From the NCBI RefSeq assembly GCF_018977255.1, contig NW_024704837.1:62001-126000 (forward strand): 64,000 bases of DNA, in the 5' to 3' direction. Of this stretch, positions 38,330-49,355 are shown in pieces. Both the position numbers and the translations under genes were made by a program. The stretch is from Callorhinchus milii (Eukaryota). Position 1 is the stretch's first letter, and each line of letters opens with the position of its first letter. Under the pieces are notes generated by a model, which was not told the origin of the DNA, searched no databases, and was given only the letters and a program-made list of their open reading frames with translations.

Positions 38330-39200
38330 ACAACAATAAGGTTGTGCGAATTGCTCCTGATAATGGAATACATTGATGATGATAATAATAATATGAAAAC
38401 TATTAGAAAAATAAATGTTTCCATTATTAAGGGAGCAATCAAGATCAATGTAGCTAAATACTATATATTCACTAGGCAATTTATAAACACTTTGATACTG
38501 AAGTAAAGATCAACTGATATGAGCATCAACCAGCAAAAGGGACATCAAAGATTAACATCACATTAATTTGTGACTCACAAGTACATACAGATAGAACAAT
38601 ATTCTGTAACAAACCAAATATTATCATAAATAGCCTAATATGGCCTGCTTCACATCCCCGCCTCGCTCGTCCCACTATTGGCGGGTGGGCTTTCTGCCCC
38701 TCTACCCCCACACTCTGGAACTCCATCCCACAGTCCCTCCACCTTCGCCCCCTCCCTCACCACCTTCAAGGCCCATCTTGAGACCCTCCTCTTCGACCGT
38801 GCTTTCGATCTCCCTGCTTCCCCCCCTGCCCTCCACCCTCCCCAATTCCAATCCCCAGCTCGGGTCTGAAACTCTGTCTGTCCAGTGCCTTGGGACTTCC
38901 TAATACAAATGTAATTTTGTTGTTGTTGTAAATTGTGTATGGAATATTATTGATGTGACTACCCAAGTCATTAAAATGTAAGAAATAAGGAACTAGAGAA
39001 GATCAGGAAATATATTGATTTACAAATTGAAATGCAGATATAGATGACAGTATAAAACAAACATAATTCCTATAATCATCGGTGCAACTGGGTCTGTTCA
39101 GAAATGGTTTGACAACATATCTGGTGAATAAAGTATCAACCTCCTGCAAAAAGTAGCTATTTTAAGAAGTTCAAACGTACTAAGAAAAGTAACATCCATT
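38330..39200 (+). mobile_element. Decayed R4/Dong (Rex6-like) non-LTR retrotransposon 3' end, REL endonuclease
   Basis: Broken translation: YIH*AIYKHF...YEHQP...VHTDRTIFCNKPNIII / IIDVT...NVRNKELEKIRKYIDLQIEMQ...IIPIIIGATGSV...LLQKVAILRSSNVLRKV. Split by an L2 insert. Confidence 0.8.
38640..38929 (+). mobile_element. L2 LINE 3' fragment nested in the R4/Dong relic
   Basis: Matches the other L2 3' ends (TLWNS...LLFDRAF), ends aaatgtaattttgttgttgttg. Confidence 0.88.
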
Positions 39201-40090
39201 CATATGATAGTGACAGTGTTATTGGTCTGGGTGACTAATAATATAATAACAATCCTAGCATTTATTTTGGTATCTTTTGACTTGGGAGGAGAGGGGGGGA
39301 GAGACGTCTCAAAGAGCTTCACAGGATTTACTGAAAAGTGCAGGCTAAAAGTGATTACCTATCAGAAAAACAGACCAAAATAAAATTTAAAGTTATCCAT
39401 CTCTTCAGATACTATTTTATAGAGCAGCTGCACGATCATTAAAATCCAGAAATTGCTTGCCATGAAATAGTCCAGGCTGACATTCCAATATAGTGCTGGG
39501 GGATTGTTGCGTTGTCAGAAGACGAATAATAAAATAGTTCAATGACTGGGTTAACCACCTTAACATAGCATAAAAATGAGAATCAACTTGCGAGAACTCA
39601 GCATGAATACAAAATAACCCTTGAGCTGAGCTCTTTCAGGTTGGTGCAACTCATATGAGGCTCTCTATGGGAGATTCAAAGTGCTTTCTCTGCTGTGAGG
39701 TACCATTAAAACTTCTGGTATCTCATTGAATACCTTTTAAAAACTACACTGTATTTTCTGTGTCCATCAGAATGGAGATTACTGACAACCTGGAATTTTT
39801 GCTGCACTTTTTACTAATTAGTTTGTGATTAGCTGCATAAAGTGCGAAAGTTTTATTAGGTCATCTGTGCAATGCTAATTCTCCACTGATAACAACTCTT
39901 CCCATTTCCTTCATTTAGGAAACGGAAGAATGGATTTGAGATTTTAGCACAAACTGAAGTGTTATTAATTCTGGACTTGCTCCCATGTAAAATTTGGAAT
40001 GTACCAAACTAGGTCAACCTACACTTTTCATAACCGAAGTCAGAAAAGATTACAATCTTGATAAAAATGTGTAAGGTTTAACCCACTGAC

Positions 40091-40400
40091 CTGAAATTCT
40101 GGCGTGAAGATTTTGTTTTGTGACCAAATTATTTGGCTCTGGATAAGCCTGCAAAATTGTCATTGATGCTCTTCTCAGTGCATTGTCAAATATAGGAAGG
40201 ATTTCATTAGGAAATGCATTTAGGTATTCACCGATCTCCATATTGATTTCGAACAGGGTCATTGCATTCACCACAATGGGATAATGAGCTCCGCTGTCAG
40301 GTCCCTGCAGAATGTGGACAATGTCATGTTTGTGGTGTTCCTGGACATAAGACTCAAATACCTGCCCGATTAGGGCAACTTGTTCTGTATTCAAGAACAT
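40091..40400 (-). CDS. MCM9: MCM9 DNA helicase, coding exon 1
   Basis: Encodes [24 protein letters not shown]...[21 protein letters not shown]...[10 protein letters not shown], closely matching the vertebrate MCM9 N-terminus. AG acceptor just upstream (exon begins 40405), GT donor at 40090-40089, 310 nt, ends phase 1. Confidence 0.96.
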
Positions 40401-40578
40401 TCTTCCTGTGGGGAAAACAAAGAAGGTAAAGAGATTTTTGAGTGACATCTTAATCAACTGTCTACAGATAGCAAAGGCGCCTTGGGAAGTCCTTTGTGAA
40501 ACCGCTATACAAATGTAATCTTGTTGTTGTTGTAGTAAAACGAGACACAAAATATAAAGTCAATTCACTTTACAGCAT

Positions 40579-40859
40579 AACCAAAGGCAAAGTTCTGCAG
40601 ATGCTGGAAATCTGTTATTAAAGCTGAAGCCGCTGAGAACGCACAGCAGATCAGGCAACAACAGCAACAACAAGATAGTGTCTTTCACGTCGGGAAGACG
40701 TCCTAAGGCGCTGGACAGTGTACAGCATTTCTGACCCGAGCTGGAGTGAGAGGGGGAGGAGGGAGGGGAGGGGAAGGGCGGGTGGCCGATGGCATGCTCC
40801 AACATCCATGGAGAGAGGAAATGAATTAACGTTTCAGGTCAATGACCTTTCGTCAGTAC
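40579..40859 (-). mobile_element. Penelope-like terminal repeat with minimal hammerhead core, interrupted by an L2 tail (~40657-40800)
   Basis: Minus strand reads CTGACGA-A-AGGTCATTGACCT-GAAACGTT...ctctctccatggatg / gcctgatctgctg...gatttccagcatctgcag. Flanked by the 14-bp direct repeat TCACTTTACAGCAT (40565-40578 and 40860-40873) inside a SINE tail. Confidence 0.75.
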
Positions 40860-41702
40860 TCACTTTACAGCATGTTCTGTGAAGAGCCTCGAGACGTCTC
40901 AACAACATGATCAAATGCTATATCAAATGCAAGGATTGTTTTCACTATTACCCTATATTTTTCCTTTTTAGATGTTTACCAATTCCCTAAAAGCGCTAAT
41001 ATGGATTGTTCCTCACCCACGTATTCCAGATCCTAACAACCCTCTGTGTTCAAAAAACATTTTCCTAACCTCTTCTTTTTCAACAATTATTTTAAAATAT
41101 TAAGCATCTAAGATGAAGAAGTTGCTGCCATCATTGGTACCTTCAGGTTAACCCCATTATAACACCATGTCTGTCTTCTGTTCGTAAAATGAGACACCAT
41201 GTTTTAACCAGTTTGCAAAAAAAAATTGTTCTGCTCCCAATAATGTAATTGTTGACATTTCTTCTGGCTTTTCAGCACAGACTGGCTGGCATCCCGAGGA
41301 TGCACATTGCATGCATAAAGCCAACAGGTCAGTTGGGTCTCTGACCAGCTGGCTTCCTGCATGTTGTACCCGATGTTATCACAATCATGCGTCTACAAGA
41401 CACTCGTTAAAAGCAAACTTGCGACGTGTCCTACAACACGGTTACCCTGTATTCCTAATAAATAACTGTTTCGCACCATGAGCCCTACTCCGCTACAGTG
41501 ATTGGAAGGTCCATAAAATCCAAACCCGCAATTATGAAGCAGCGTTGTCTTTTTTTATTACATGGCCTTTCCACCTGCGTTGGGCGCGTTCCCAGAGAGC
41601 CAACTCACTTTAAAACGGCGGCTGGATCTCGCATGCTGGAAAACGACTCGCTTCCAGGTGCGCGTGGTCACAACAGCGACTCCAGACAGTGCCACCACGG
41701 AA

Positions 41703-42000
41703 GGAGTCCTGTAGCTCAGTGGTTAGAGCACTCGCTTTGCAAGTGAGAGACCCGAGTTCAATTCCAGGCAGGGCGAAACCTTGGGCAAGTTTCCTTACTC
41801 CACACACCTAATAATAATCCCTCCAAAACCAAAAACAATAATAAATTGGTCATTTTCAATCCATGACTGTTTGTGGGACATTGCTGTGCGCAATTGGCTG
41901 CCGCGTTCGCCCACAAATATACAGTCAATTCACTTTACAGTGTGTTCTGTGAAGCGCTTTGGGACGTCCTCCAAGGATTATTATTATTATTATTATTATT
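41703..42000 (+). mobile_element. tRNA-derived SINE inserted in the MCM9 CpG island
   Basis: Full head and core. Tail deleted (gggacgtcctcc joined directly to aaggattatt). Confidence 0.95.
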
Positions 42001-42053
42001 AAGGTGGGGGCGGGAGGGAGGGCGGGAGGGGGGGAGGGCGGGGCTGGGCCTCA

Positions 42054-42210
42054 CAGTCTCTCGGTGACGTCACGGCCAGTGCGGGCAGTCCCTCGGTGAC
42101 GTCACGGGCAGTGCGGGCAGTCCCTCGGTGACGTCACGGCCAGTGCGGGCAGTCCCTCGGTGACGTCACGGCCAGTGCGGGCAGTCCCTCGGTGACGTCA
42201 CGGCCAGTGC
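42054..42210. repeat. 32-bp minisatellite, ~5 copies, each with a CRE palindrome
   Basis: Unit CAGTCCCTCGGTGACGTCACGGCCAGTGCGGG. TGACGTCA at 42065, 42097, 42129, 42161 and 42193 (period 32). Confidence 0.97.
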
Positions 42211-42657
42211 AGTGAGCTCGGGATGGCGGCCGCGGTGGTGGGAGCGGCTGCCAACGGGAAGGAGCGTAACCCGCCCGCGGCTGTGAGGAGAGGAGAGGAG
42301 CGGCGGCGGCGGCGGCGCCCGCGGGGGGGCGGGTCTGAGGTCGGTGTCTGACAGGTTTGTGTCCCCGGTGTTGTTGAGGGGAGAGAGAGAGAGAGAGAGA
42401 GGAGGGGCTGTGCAGACCATGTGCTGGACTTACCCGCACCCTGAGCTCCTCTCAGGAAGCCTCACCCCGGGGGGGAGGGAGGGGAGGGGTGGGGGGGCTT
42501 TCACTTCATCCTCTGCCCTTTCCCTTCCGCCATCAGGAAATCCCGCCGCGGTAACGCTCGGTCAGTGCACAAACTCAGAGAGAGAGAGAGAGTGTGTGTG
42601 TGTGTGTGTGTGGTTCCGGCTCAGCAGCGACACTGAGCAGCGCGGCCGGAGATGACA

Positions 42658-43140
42658 CTACAACAACAACAACAAGATTCCATTTATAAAGCGCCTTTCA
42701 CGTCAGGAGGACGTCCCAAGGCGCTGCACAGTTGGGTCAGGACCCGAGCAGGGGGGAAATGGTCAGGGTGAGGGGAGGGAAGGGAGGGAGCGAGGAGGGG
42801 GGAAATGGTCAGGGTGAGGGGAGGGAAGGGAGGGAGAGAGGAGGGGGGAAATGGTCAGGGTGAGGGGAGGGAAGGGAGGGAGCAAGGAGGGGGGAAATGG
42901 TCAGGGTGAGGGGAGGGAAGGGAGGGAGCGAGGAGGGGGAAGAGAGTCGAGAGGGGAGCTGAAGGCTCGGTCAAAGAGAAAGCTTTTGAGACCGACCTTG
43001 AAGGAGGAAAGGGAGGAGGCGGCGAAGGCACTGGGGGATGGAGTTCCAGAGCCTCGGGGCTGAGAGGCTGAAGGCCCAACCACCGATAGTAGGCCGGTTG
43101 GGGCGGGGGACGTGGAGCAGACCGGAGCCAGAGGAACGGG
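42658..43140 (-). mobile_element. L2 3' fragment with an internal 46-bp tandem expansion (x4)
   Basis: Unit GGGGGGAAATGGTCAGGGTGAGGGGAGGGAAGGGAGGGAGCGAGGA at 42751, 42797, 42843 and 42889. Confidence 0.93.
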
Positions 43141-43156
43141 CTACAATGTTAGCCCA

Positions 43157-43288
43157 AATAATAATAATAATAATAATCCTTGCATTTGATATAGCGCTTT
43201 TCACGTCGGGAGGACGTCCCAAAGCGCTTCACAGAATACACTGTAAAGTGAATTGACTTTGTATATTTGTGGGCGAACGCGGAAGCCC
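43157..43288 (-). mobile_element. SINE 3' fragment
   Basis: (ATA)n tail, stem-loop and end of the core on the minus strand. Confidence 0.9.
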
Positions 43289-43307
43289 AACATTAGCCCC
43301 AATGTAC

Positions 43308-43980
43308 CAACACCTCCGCAATATTACAAGACTCCGTCGCTGCCTCACCCCTCAGGCTGCTGAAACCCTCACCCACGCATTTGTCACCTCAAGGCGCGAT
43401 TATGGAAACTCCCTCCTCATCGGCCTTCCCAACTCTTCCCTTCACAAGCTGCAGATCATCCAAAACTCTGCAGCTCGTGTCCTCTCACACACCAGGCTCC
43501 GCAACCCCATCACTCCCACCCTCACCCGACCACTGCTCCCCATCCCCACAGAGGATCGAGTTCAAGATCCTCAACCTCACTTTCAAGGCCATTCATGGCC
43601 TTACCCCCTCCTACCTCTCTGACCTGCTGACTCCATACCAACCTGCCCACTCCCTCCGTTCAGCGGGCTCCAGTCTGCTCCATGTCTCCCGCCCAACCTG
43701 CCCTACCATCGGTGGCCGGGGTTTCAGGCTCTCTTCCCCCACACTCTGGAACTCCATCCCACGGTCCCTTCGCCTCACTTCCTCCTTTGCATCCTTCAAG
43801 GCCGGTCTCAAGACCCTTCTCTTCGATCGTGCCTTTGGTCTCCCTCCCACCTCTCCGCCTTCCCTCACCCCTACACCACCCCTCCCCCATGCTCGGGCCC
43901 CGACACCTGACTGTTCACCGCTTTGGGACATCCTCCCGACGTGAAAGGCGCTCTATAAATGTAATTTTGTTGTTGTTGTT
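43308..43980 (+). mobile_element. L2 LINE 3' fragment
   Basis: HLRNITRLRRCLTPQAAETLTHAFVTSR...TLWNSIP...LFDRAF, (TTG)n tail. Confidence 0.96.
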
Positions 43981-45020
43981 AACTAGTGCTGTGGGGAAAG
44001 GTTTAAACTAATTTCAAGGGAGGAAGAGAATCAGGATGTAGCATCAGAGAGGACAAACAAGTTATACAGAGGGCTGGGAGAGACGAATAGCAATGTAATC
44101 AGGAGTAATCCAGAAAAAGGAGGGATTAGATGGGGGAGAATTGCAGAATAGACTAAATCGGACTTGGAGTGCATGTCCGTAATTGCATGGAGTGTGACAA
44201 ATAAGATTGGTGAGCTGCAGGCCCAAGTTGCCACATGGGGTTATGATGTAGTGGCAATAACGGAGACCTGGCTCAAACAAGGGCAGCAATGGGAACTAAA
44301 TATTCCTGGCTACAATGTATTCAGGAGGGATAGTGAAGGAAAAAAAGGATGGGCGGGGAGTGGCAATATTGATTAAAGACACGGTTATGGCCCTGGAAAG
44401 AGACAATGTGCTAGAGGGTCCAAAAACAGAATCTATTTGGTTAGAGTTAAGGAGCAGGAAAGGAGCTATTACTCTGTTAGGTGTATACTATTGACCACCA
44501 AATAGTAGGAAGGAGATAGATGAGCAAATCTGCAAGCAGATTTCAGAAAGATGCAAAACCAATAGAGTAGTGATAATGGGAGACTTCAATTATTCGAACA
44601 TAGACTGGCAAAATAGCAGTGTAAAGGGCAAGGAGGGGGAAGGATTTCTGAAATGTGTGCGGAAGGAAGCAGTGGATCTACTTCTGGCGAATGAAGTGGG
44701 GTAAGTGGAGCAGGTTTCAGTAGGAGAGCACCTGGAAACAGTGATCACCACATCACTAGGTTTAGAGTACTAATGGAAAAGGACAAGGAGCAATCAAACA
44801 ACATCAAGAACAACAAAATTACATTTATAAGCTCTTTCACGTCGGGAAGATGTCCCAAGGAGCTGGACAGTCAGGGGTCAGGACCCGAGCATGGGGGAGG
44901 GGTGGGGTACGGGTGAGAGAAAGCAGAGAGGTGGGAGGGCGACCGAAGGCACGATCAAAGAGGAGGGTCTTGAGACCAGCCTTGAAGGAGAAAAGGGAGG
45001 AAGCAAGGCGAAGGGACTAT

Positions 45021-45732
45021 AACATAACATGTAGGAGCAGGATTTGGCCATTCGGCCCTTCGAGCCTGCCCCGCCATTCAATCATGGCTGATCTTCTAAT
45101 CTAACTCCAGCTAATAACCTGACCTGCCTTATCCCCATATCCTTTAATCCCTTTTGCAATAAGAAATCTATCTCAGTCTTGAATATGTTCAAGGGCTGAG
45201 CGTCAACAGCCCTTTGGGGTAGTGAGTTCCATACATTCACCACCCTTTGAGTGAAGAAGTTCTTTCTCAACTCAGTGTGAAAGGGCTGGCCTCTGGTTTT
45301 AGTTTCTCCAACCAGGGGAAACAATCTCCCACTATCTACTCTATCGTGGAGTCCTGTAGCTCAGTGATTAGAGCACTCGCTTTGCCAGTGAGAGACCTGA
45401 GTTCAATTCCAGGCAGGGCAAAGCCTTGGGCAAGTTTTCTTACTCCACACACCTAATAATAATCCCTCCAAAAACCAAAACAATAATAAATTGGTCATTT
45501 TCAATCTACGACTGTTTGTGGGACATTGCTGTGCGCAATTGGCTGCCGCGTTCGCCTCAATTCTGTGAAGCGCTTTGGGACATCCTCCCGATGTGAAAAG
45601 CGCTATATCAAATACAAGGATTATTATTATTTTTATCATGCCCTTTGATGATATAGCTTTCTATAAGATCCCCTCTAATTCGTCTATATTCTAGAGAATA
45701 TAGTCCCAAATTGGTCAGCCTATCCTCGTAAC
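45021..45732 (-). mobile_element. CR1 3' end fragment nested in L2, split by a SINE
   Basis: FPLVGETKTRG...RKNFFTQRVVNVWNSLPQ is the CR1 ORF2 C-terminus. Sequence resumes after the SINE at ~45634. Confidence 0.88.
45348..45632 (+). mobile_element. tRNA-Ala-derived Deu-domain SINE (short subfamily, internal deletion)
   Basis: GGAGTCCTGTAGCTCAGTG head, GTTCAATTCC B-box, tgtttgtgggacattgctgtgcgcaattggctgccgcg core, L2-like tail. Confidence 0.93.
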
Positions 45733-48221
45733 ATGGGATGAAGTTCTAAAGTGTGGGGCAGAGAGGCTGAAAGCCCGGCCACTGATGGTAGGGCGAGTCA
45801 GGCAGGAGACATGGAGCAGGCCGGAGCCTGCTGAACGTTGGGAGCGGGCAGGTTGGTAGGGAGTCAACAGGTCAAAGGTGAAGATAGTAAACTGGAAAAG
45901 GGCTAATTTCAGTGAGTTAAAAAGGGACCTTGCCAAGGTGGACTGGAAAAGATTAGCAGGTAAAATAGCTAATGAGCAATGGGAAGCCTTCAAGGAGGAG
46001 ATAGTTTGGGGACAGAATCAGTACATTTCCACAAAAAGGAAAGGTCGAGCATCCAAAACCCCCTGGATGAATAAGGAAATTGGGATTAAAATAGAACAGA
46101 AAAAGGAGGCTTATGATAAATGTCAGGTCCAAAATGCAGAAGACAATTAAATAGAATATAGAAAGTGCAGAGGAGAACGGAAAAAGGAAATAAGAGGGGC
46201 AAAGAGATTGTATGAGAAAAGATTAGCGGGTAACATAAAAGGAAACCCTAAAGTATTTTATAAGCGTATAAAGAATAAAAGGTTAGTAAAAGGTAGGGTG
46301 GGTCCATTTAGGGACCAAAGAGGAAATGTTCTTGTGGAGGCAGAGGGCATGGCCTGATGTACTGAATGAGTACTTTGCATCTGTCTTCACAAAAGAAGAG
46401 GATTGCCGCCAATGCCACAGTGTTGGAGGAGAGGATAGAGAAATTGGATAAGATAAGAATAAACCGAGAGACGTTACTAAAACGTTTGTTGGTGCTCAGG
46501 GTAGATAAGTCACCCAGTCCGGATAGAATGCATCCTAGGGTACTGAGGGAAGTAAGGGTGGAAATAACGGAGGCTCTGGCCACAGTCTTTCAATCCTCCT
46601 TGGACACTGGGGTGGTGCCAGAGGACTGGAGGGTTGCAAATATTACTCCCCTGTAGAAAAAGAGGCAGAAGGATAAACCTGGGAACTACAGGCCAGTCAG
46701 CCTAAAGTCAGTAGTGGGTAAACTTCTAAAGACTATACTCCAGGACAAAATAAATTTTCACTTAGAAACATATGGGTTGATAAAGGACAGCCAACATGGA
46801 TTTGTTAAAGGTAAATCATGTCTAACAAACTTGATAGAGTTTTTTGATGAAGTAACGGACAGGGTGGATGAAGATAGTGCAGTTGATCTAATTGATGGAT
46901 TTTCAAAAAGCGTTTGATAAAGTGCCACACAAGAGACTTGTAAGCAAAATGGAAGCCCTCAGTATTACAGGGACAGTGGCAGCATGGATACAGAACTGGC
47001 TGGGAGACAGAAAGCAGAGAGTGGTGGCGAATGGTTGTTTTTCTGACCGGAGGGAAGTGTGCAGTGGTGTCCCCCAGAGGTTGGTATTAGGACCACTGCT
47101 GGTTTTGATCCATATAAATGACCTGAACTTGGGTTTAGGGAGTACAATTTCCAAGTTTGCAGATGATACTGCTCGGAAAAGTAGTAAACAGTGAGGAGGA
47201 TAGTAGCAGACTGCAAGAGGACATACACAAACTGGTAAAATAGTCAGACAAGTGGCAGATGACGTTTAATGTGGAGAAATGTGAGGTGACGCATTTTGGA
47301 AGGAAAAATGAGGAGAGGCAATATAAGCTGATGGTACAATTTTAAAGGGGGTGGAGGAACAATGGGACCTTGGGGTTCATATAATTAAATCAAAAGAGAT
47401 TTACCTGGATGGTACCAGGAATGAGGGACTTCAGTTATAAGGAAAGGTTAGAGAAGATGGGATTATTCTCCTTGGAGCAGAGAAGGTTAAGAGGAGACTT
47501 AATAGAAGTTTTCAAAATCGTGATGGGATTCGATAGGGCGAACAAGGAGAAACTATTTCCACTGGCGGGTGGGTTGGTAACTCGAGGACATTGATTTAAA
47601 ATAGTTGTTGAAAGAAACAGGGGAGGTGAGAAGAATGTTTTCACACAGTGAGTTGTTTGGATCTGGAACTGGCTCCAAGGTGACATGCCTGGGGCAGTCT
47701 CGGTAGTCCGGTTCCTGAACCAGGCGGGTACACAGTATTCCAGGCACTGCTGATGATGGCACAGCAAACCAAGCTTATCAGTAGGACCTGGAAAGGTAGA
47801 CCAGTCGCTGGGGGCAGGGAGTCATCCCACTCGGCTCTTGTTAACCAGGCAAGCCAAAGCTCAAACGGGTAGGGGTCCTAGATGGACAAGCAATGGAAAG
47901 CTTGCCAGACAGTGATACCAATGGCAAGTTATGTAGTTTTAGCTGGTTGGAATCCAGCAGTTCCCCAACGCACATTCTGGGGTCCCCAAGACTTGGCTCT
48001 TGCCAACCTGCAGCTAATACTTTCTGGAATTATGTAAACAGGATGTCTACCTCCAGGGAGAGAGTGCGTATTCCATTCCAACAATCTATCTCTAAGATTT
48101 CCGTATGAAGGTGGGATGCATGAAAATCTCAGTTTGATTTGGATACTCTTAAGTAGGGTGATGGGTTTCCACATGTGTCAGGTACCTGGCTGACTTAAAA
48201 AAAATCTGACTTGAGTAAGTA

Positions 48222-48940
48222 CAGCAGCAACAAAATTACATTTGTAAAGTGCCTTTCACATCGGAGGACGTCCCAAGGCGCTGGACAGATAGAGTTACGG
48301 ACCCGAGCTTGGGATTGGGATCGGGGAGGGTGGAGGGCAGGGGGGGACGCAGGGAGATCGAAAGCACAGTCGAAGAGGAGGGTCTTGAGATGGGTCTTGC
48401 AGGTGGCGAGGGAAGGGGACAAGGTGGAGGGACTGCGGGATGGAGTTCCAGAGGGTGGGGGCAGAGTGGCGGAAGGCTCACCCGCCAATAGTGGAGTGAG
48501 CGAGGCGAGGGATGTGAAGCAGGGCAGAGTCCGCTGCGCAGAGGGAGCGAGCAGGATGGGGGGGGGTTAGGAGGTCGCAGAGGTAGGGGGGAGCAAGACT
48601 GTGGAGGGTTTTGAAGGTGAGGACCAGGATCTTGAACTATATCCTCTGTGTGATGGGAAGCCAATGGAGTTGGGCGAGGATGGGGGTGATAGGGTTGCGG
48701 AGCCTAGTGCAGGAGAGGACACGGGCTGCGGGGTTCTGAATGATCTGCAGCCTATGGAGGGAGGAGTTGGGGAGGCCGACAAGCAATGAATTTGCATAGT
48801 CGAGCCGCGATGTAATGAAAGTGTGTATGAGGGTTTCGGCAGCCTGCGGTGTGAGACAGTGGTGGAGCCGGGCAACGTGGGGGAAGGCAGAGCAGGTCAT
48901 GGCGCAGATGTGGGGTAGAAAGGATAGTTGAGGTAGAACA
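48222..48940 (-). mobile_element. L2 LINE 3' fragment
   Basis: [25 protein letters not shown]...LHWLPITQRI. Confidence 0.95.
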
Positions 48941-49355
48941 GGTAGGACTTTTGAAGTAGAACTGAGATACCCAAATGAAGGATGTCTATTTGAAGGTTAT
49001 AAAGAGTGAACGATATAAAAATGGAAAAAAACGACATTATCCAAATAAGTCAAAACAATGCTTTTAAAGAGATTACAGACACATGGTGCAGGATTACAGA
49101 ATTGCAGAGAATTGAAGCATAGGTTAAGTGGATTTTCTCAACACAACAATTCTAGAATGCAAATAGCAGCTTTAGGCTCCTAAAACAGAACAATTATGCA
49201 TATTTTAGCATTACTTGTTTGGGCATTTGGCAGGAATGTCCTTTCCATCCCTTGCTTCATCAGGATATGATTTAAAAATGTTTATTGTGAATAGTTGCTG
49301 ATTTTTCATCTTTTAACTATAGGGATAATAGAAAGGTCAATCATCTCAATATGAA

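Larger units (their letters stand above)
41480..42660. promoter_or_regulatory. CpG island / probable MCM9 promoter and non-coding first exon(s)
   Basis: The most GC- and CpG-rich non-repeat DNA in the window, 1-2 kb upstream of the MCM9 ATG exon. Contains GC boxes (GGGGCGGG, GGGCGG) and minus-strand splice donors GTAAGT at 42433-42428 and GTGAGT at 41608-41603. Confidence 0.75.
44799..45875 (-). mobile_element. L2 3' fragment nested in CR1, itself split (44799-45020 and ~45733-45875)
   Basis: The two halves join as ...gcgaagggact|atgggatgaagttc..., the contiguous sequence of the other L2 copies. (CAA)n-like tail at 44799. Confidence 0.85.
43985..47665 (+). mobile_element. Degenerate CR1 LINE ORF2 (APE endonuclease + reverse transcriptase) with nested insertions
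   Basis: YDVVAITETWL...IPGYNVFRRD, SPSPDRMHPRVLRE, QHGFVKGKSCLTNLIEFFDEVT, DFQKAFDKVPH, SGVPQ, KFADDT, GLFSLEQRRLRGDLIEVFKI. Multiple stops and frameshifts. Confidence 0.95.

Noticed and set aside
42054-42210. CRISPR-like array
   Set aside because: Units are head-to-tail with no unique spacers, there are no cas genes, and the context is vertebrate.
47745-47775. Hammerhead-like CTGATGA (also ~13120)
   Set aside because: No proper GAAA box or helix II closure follows.
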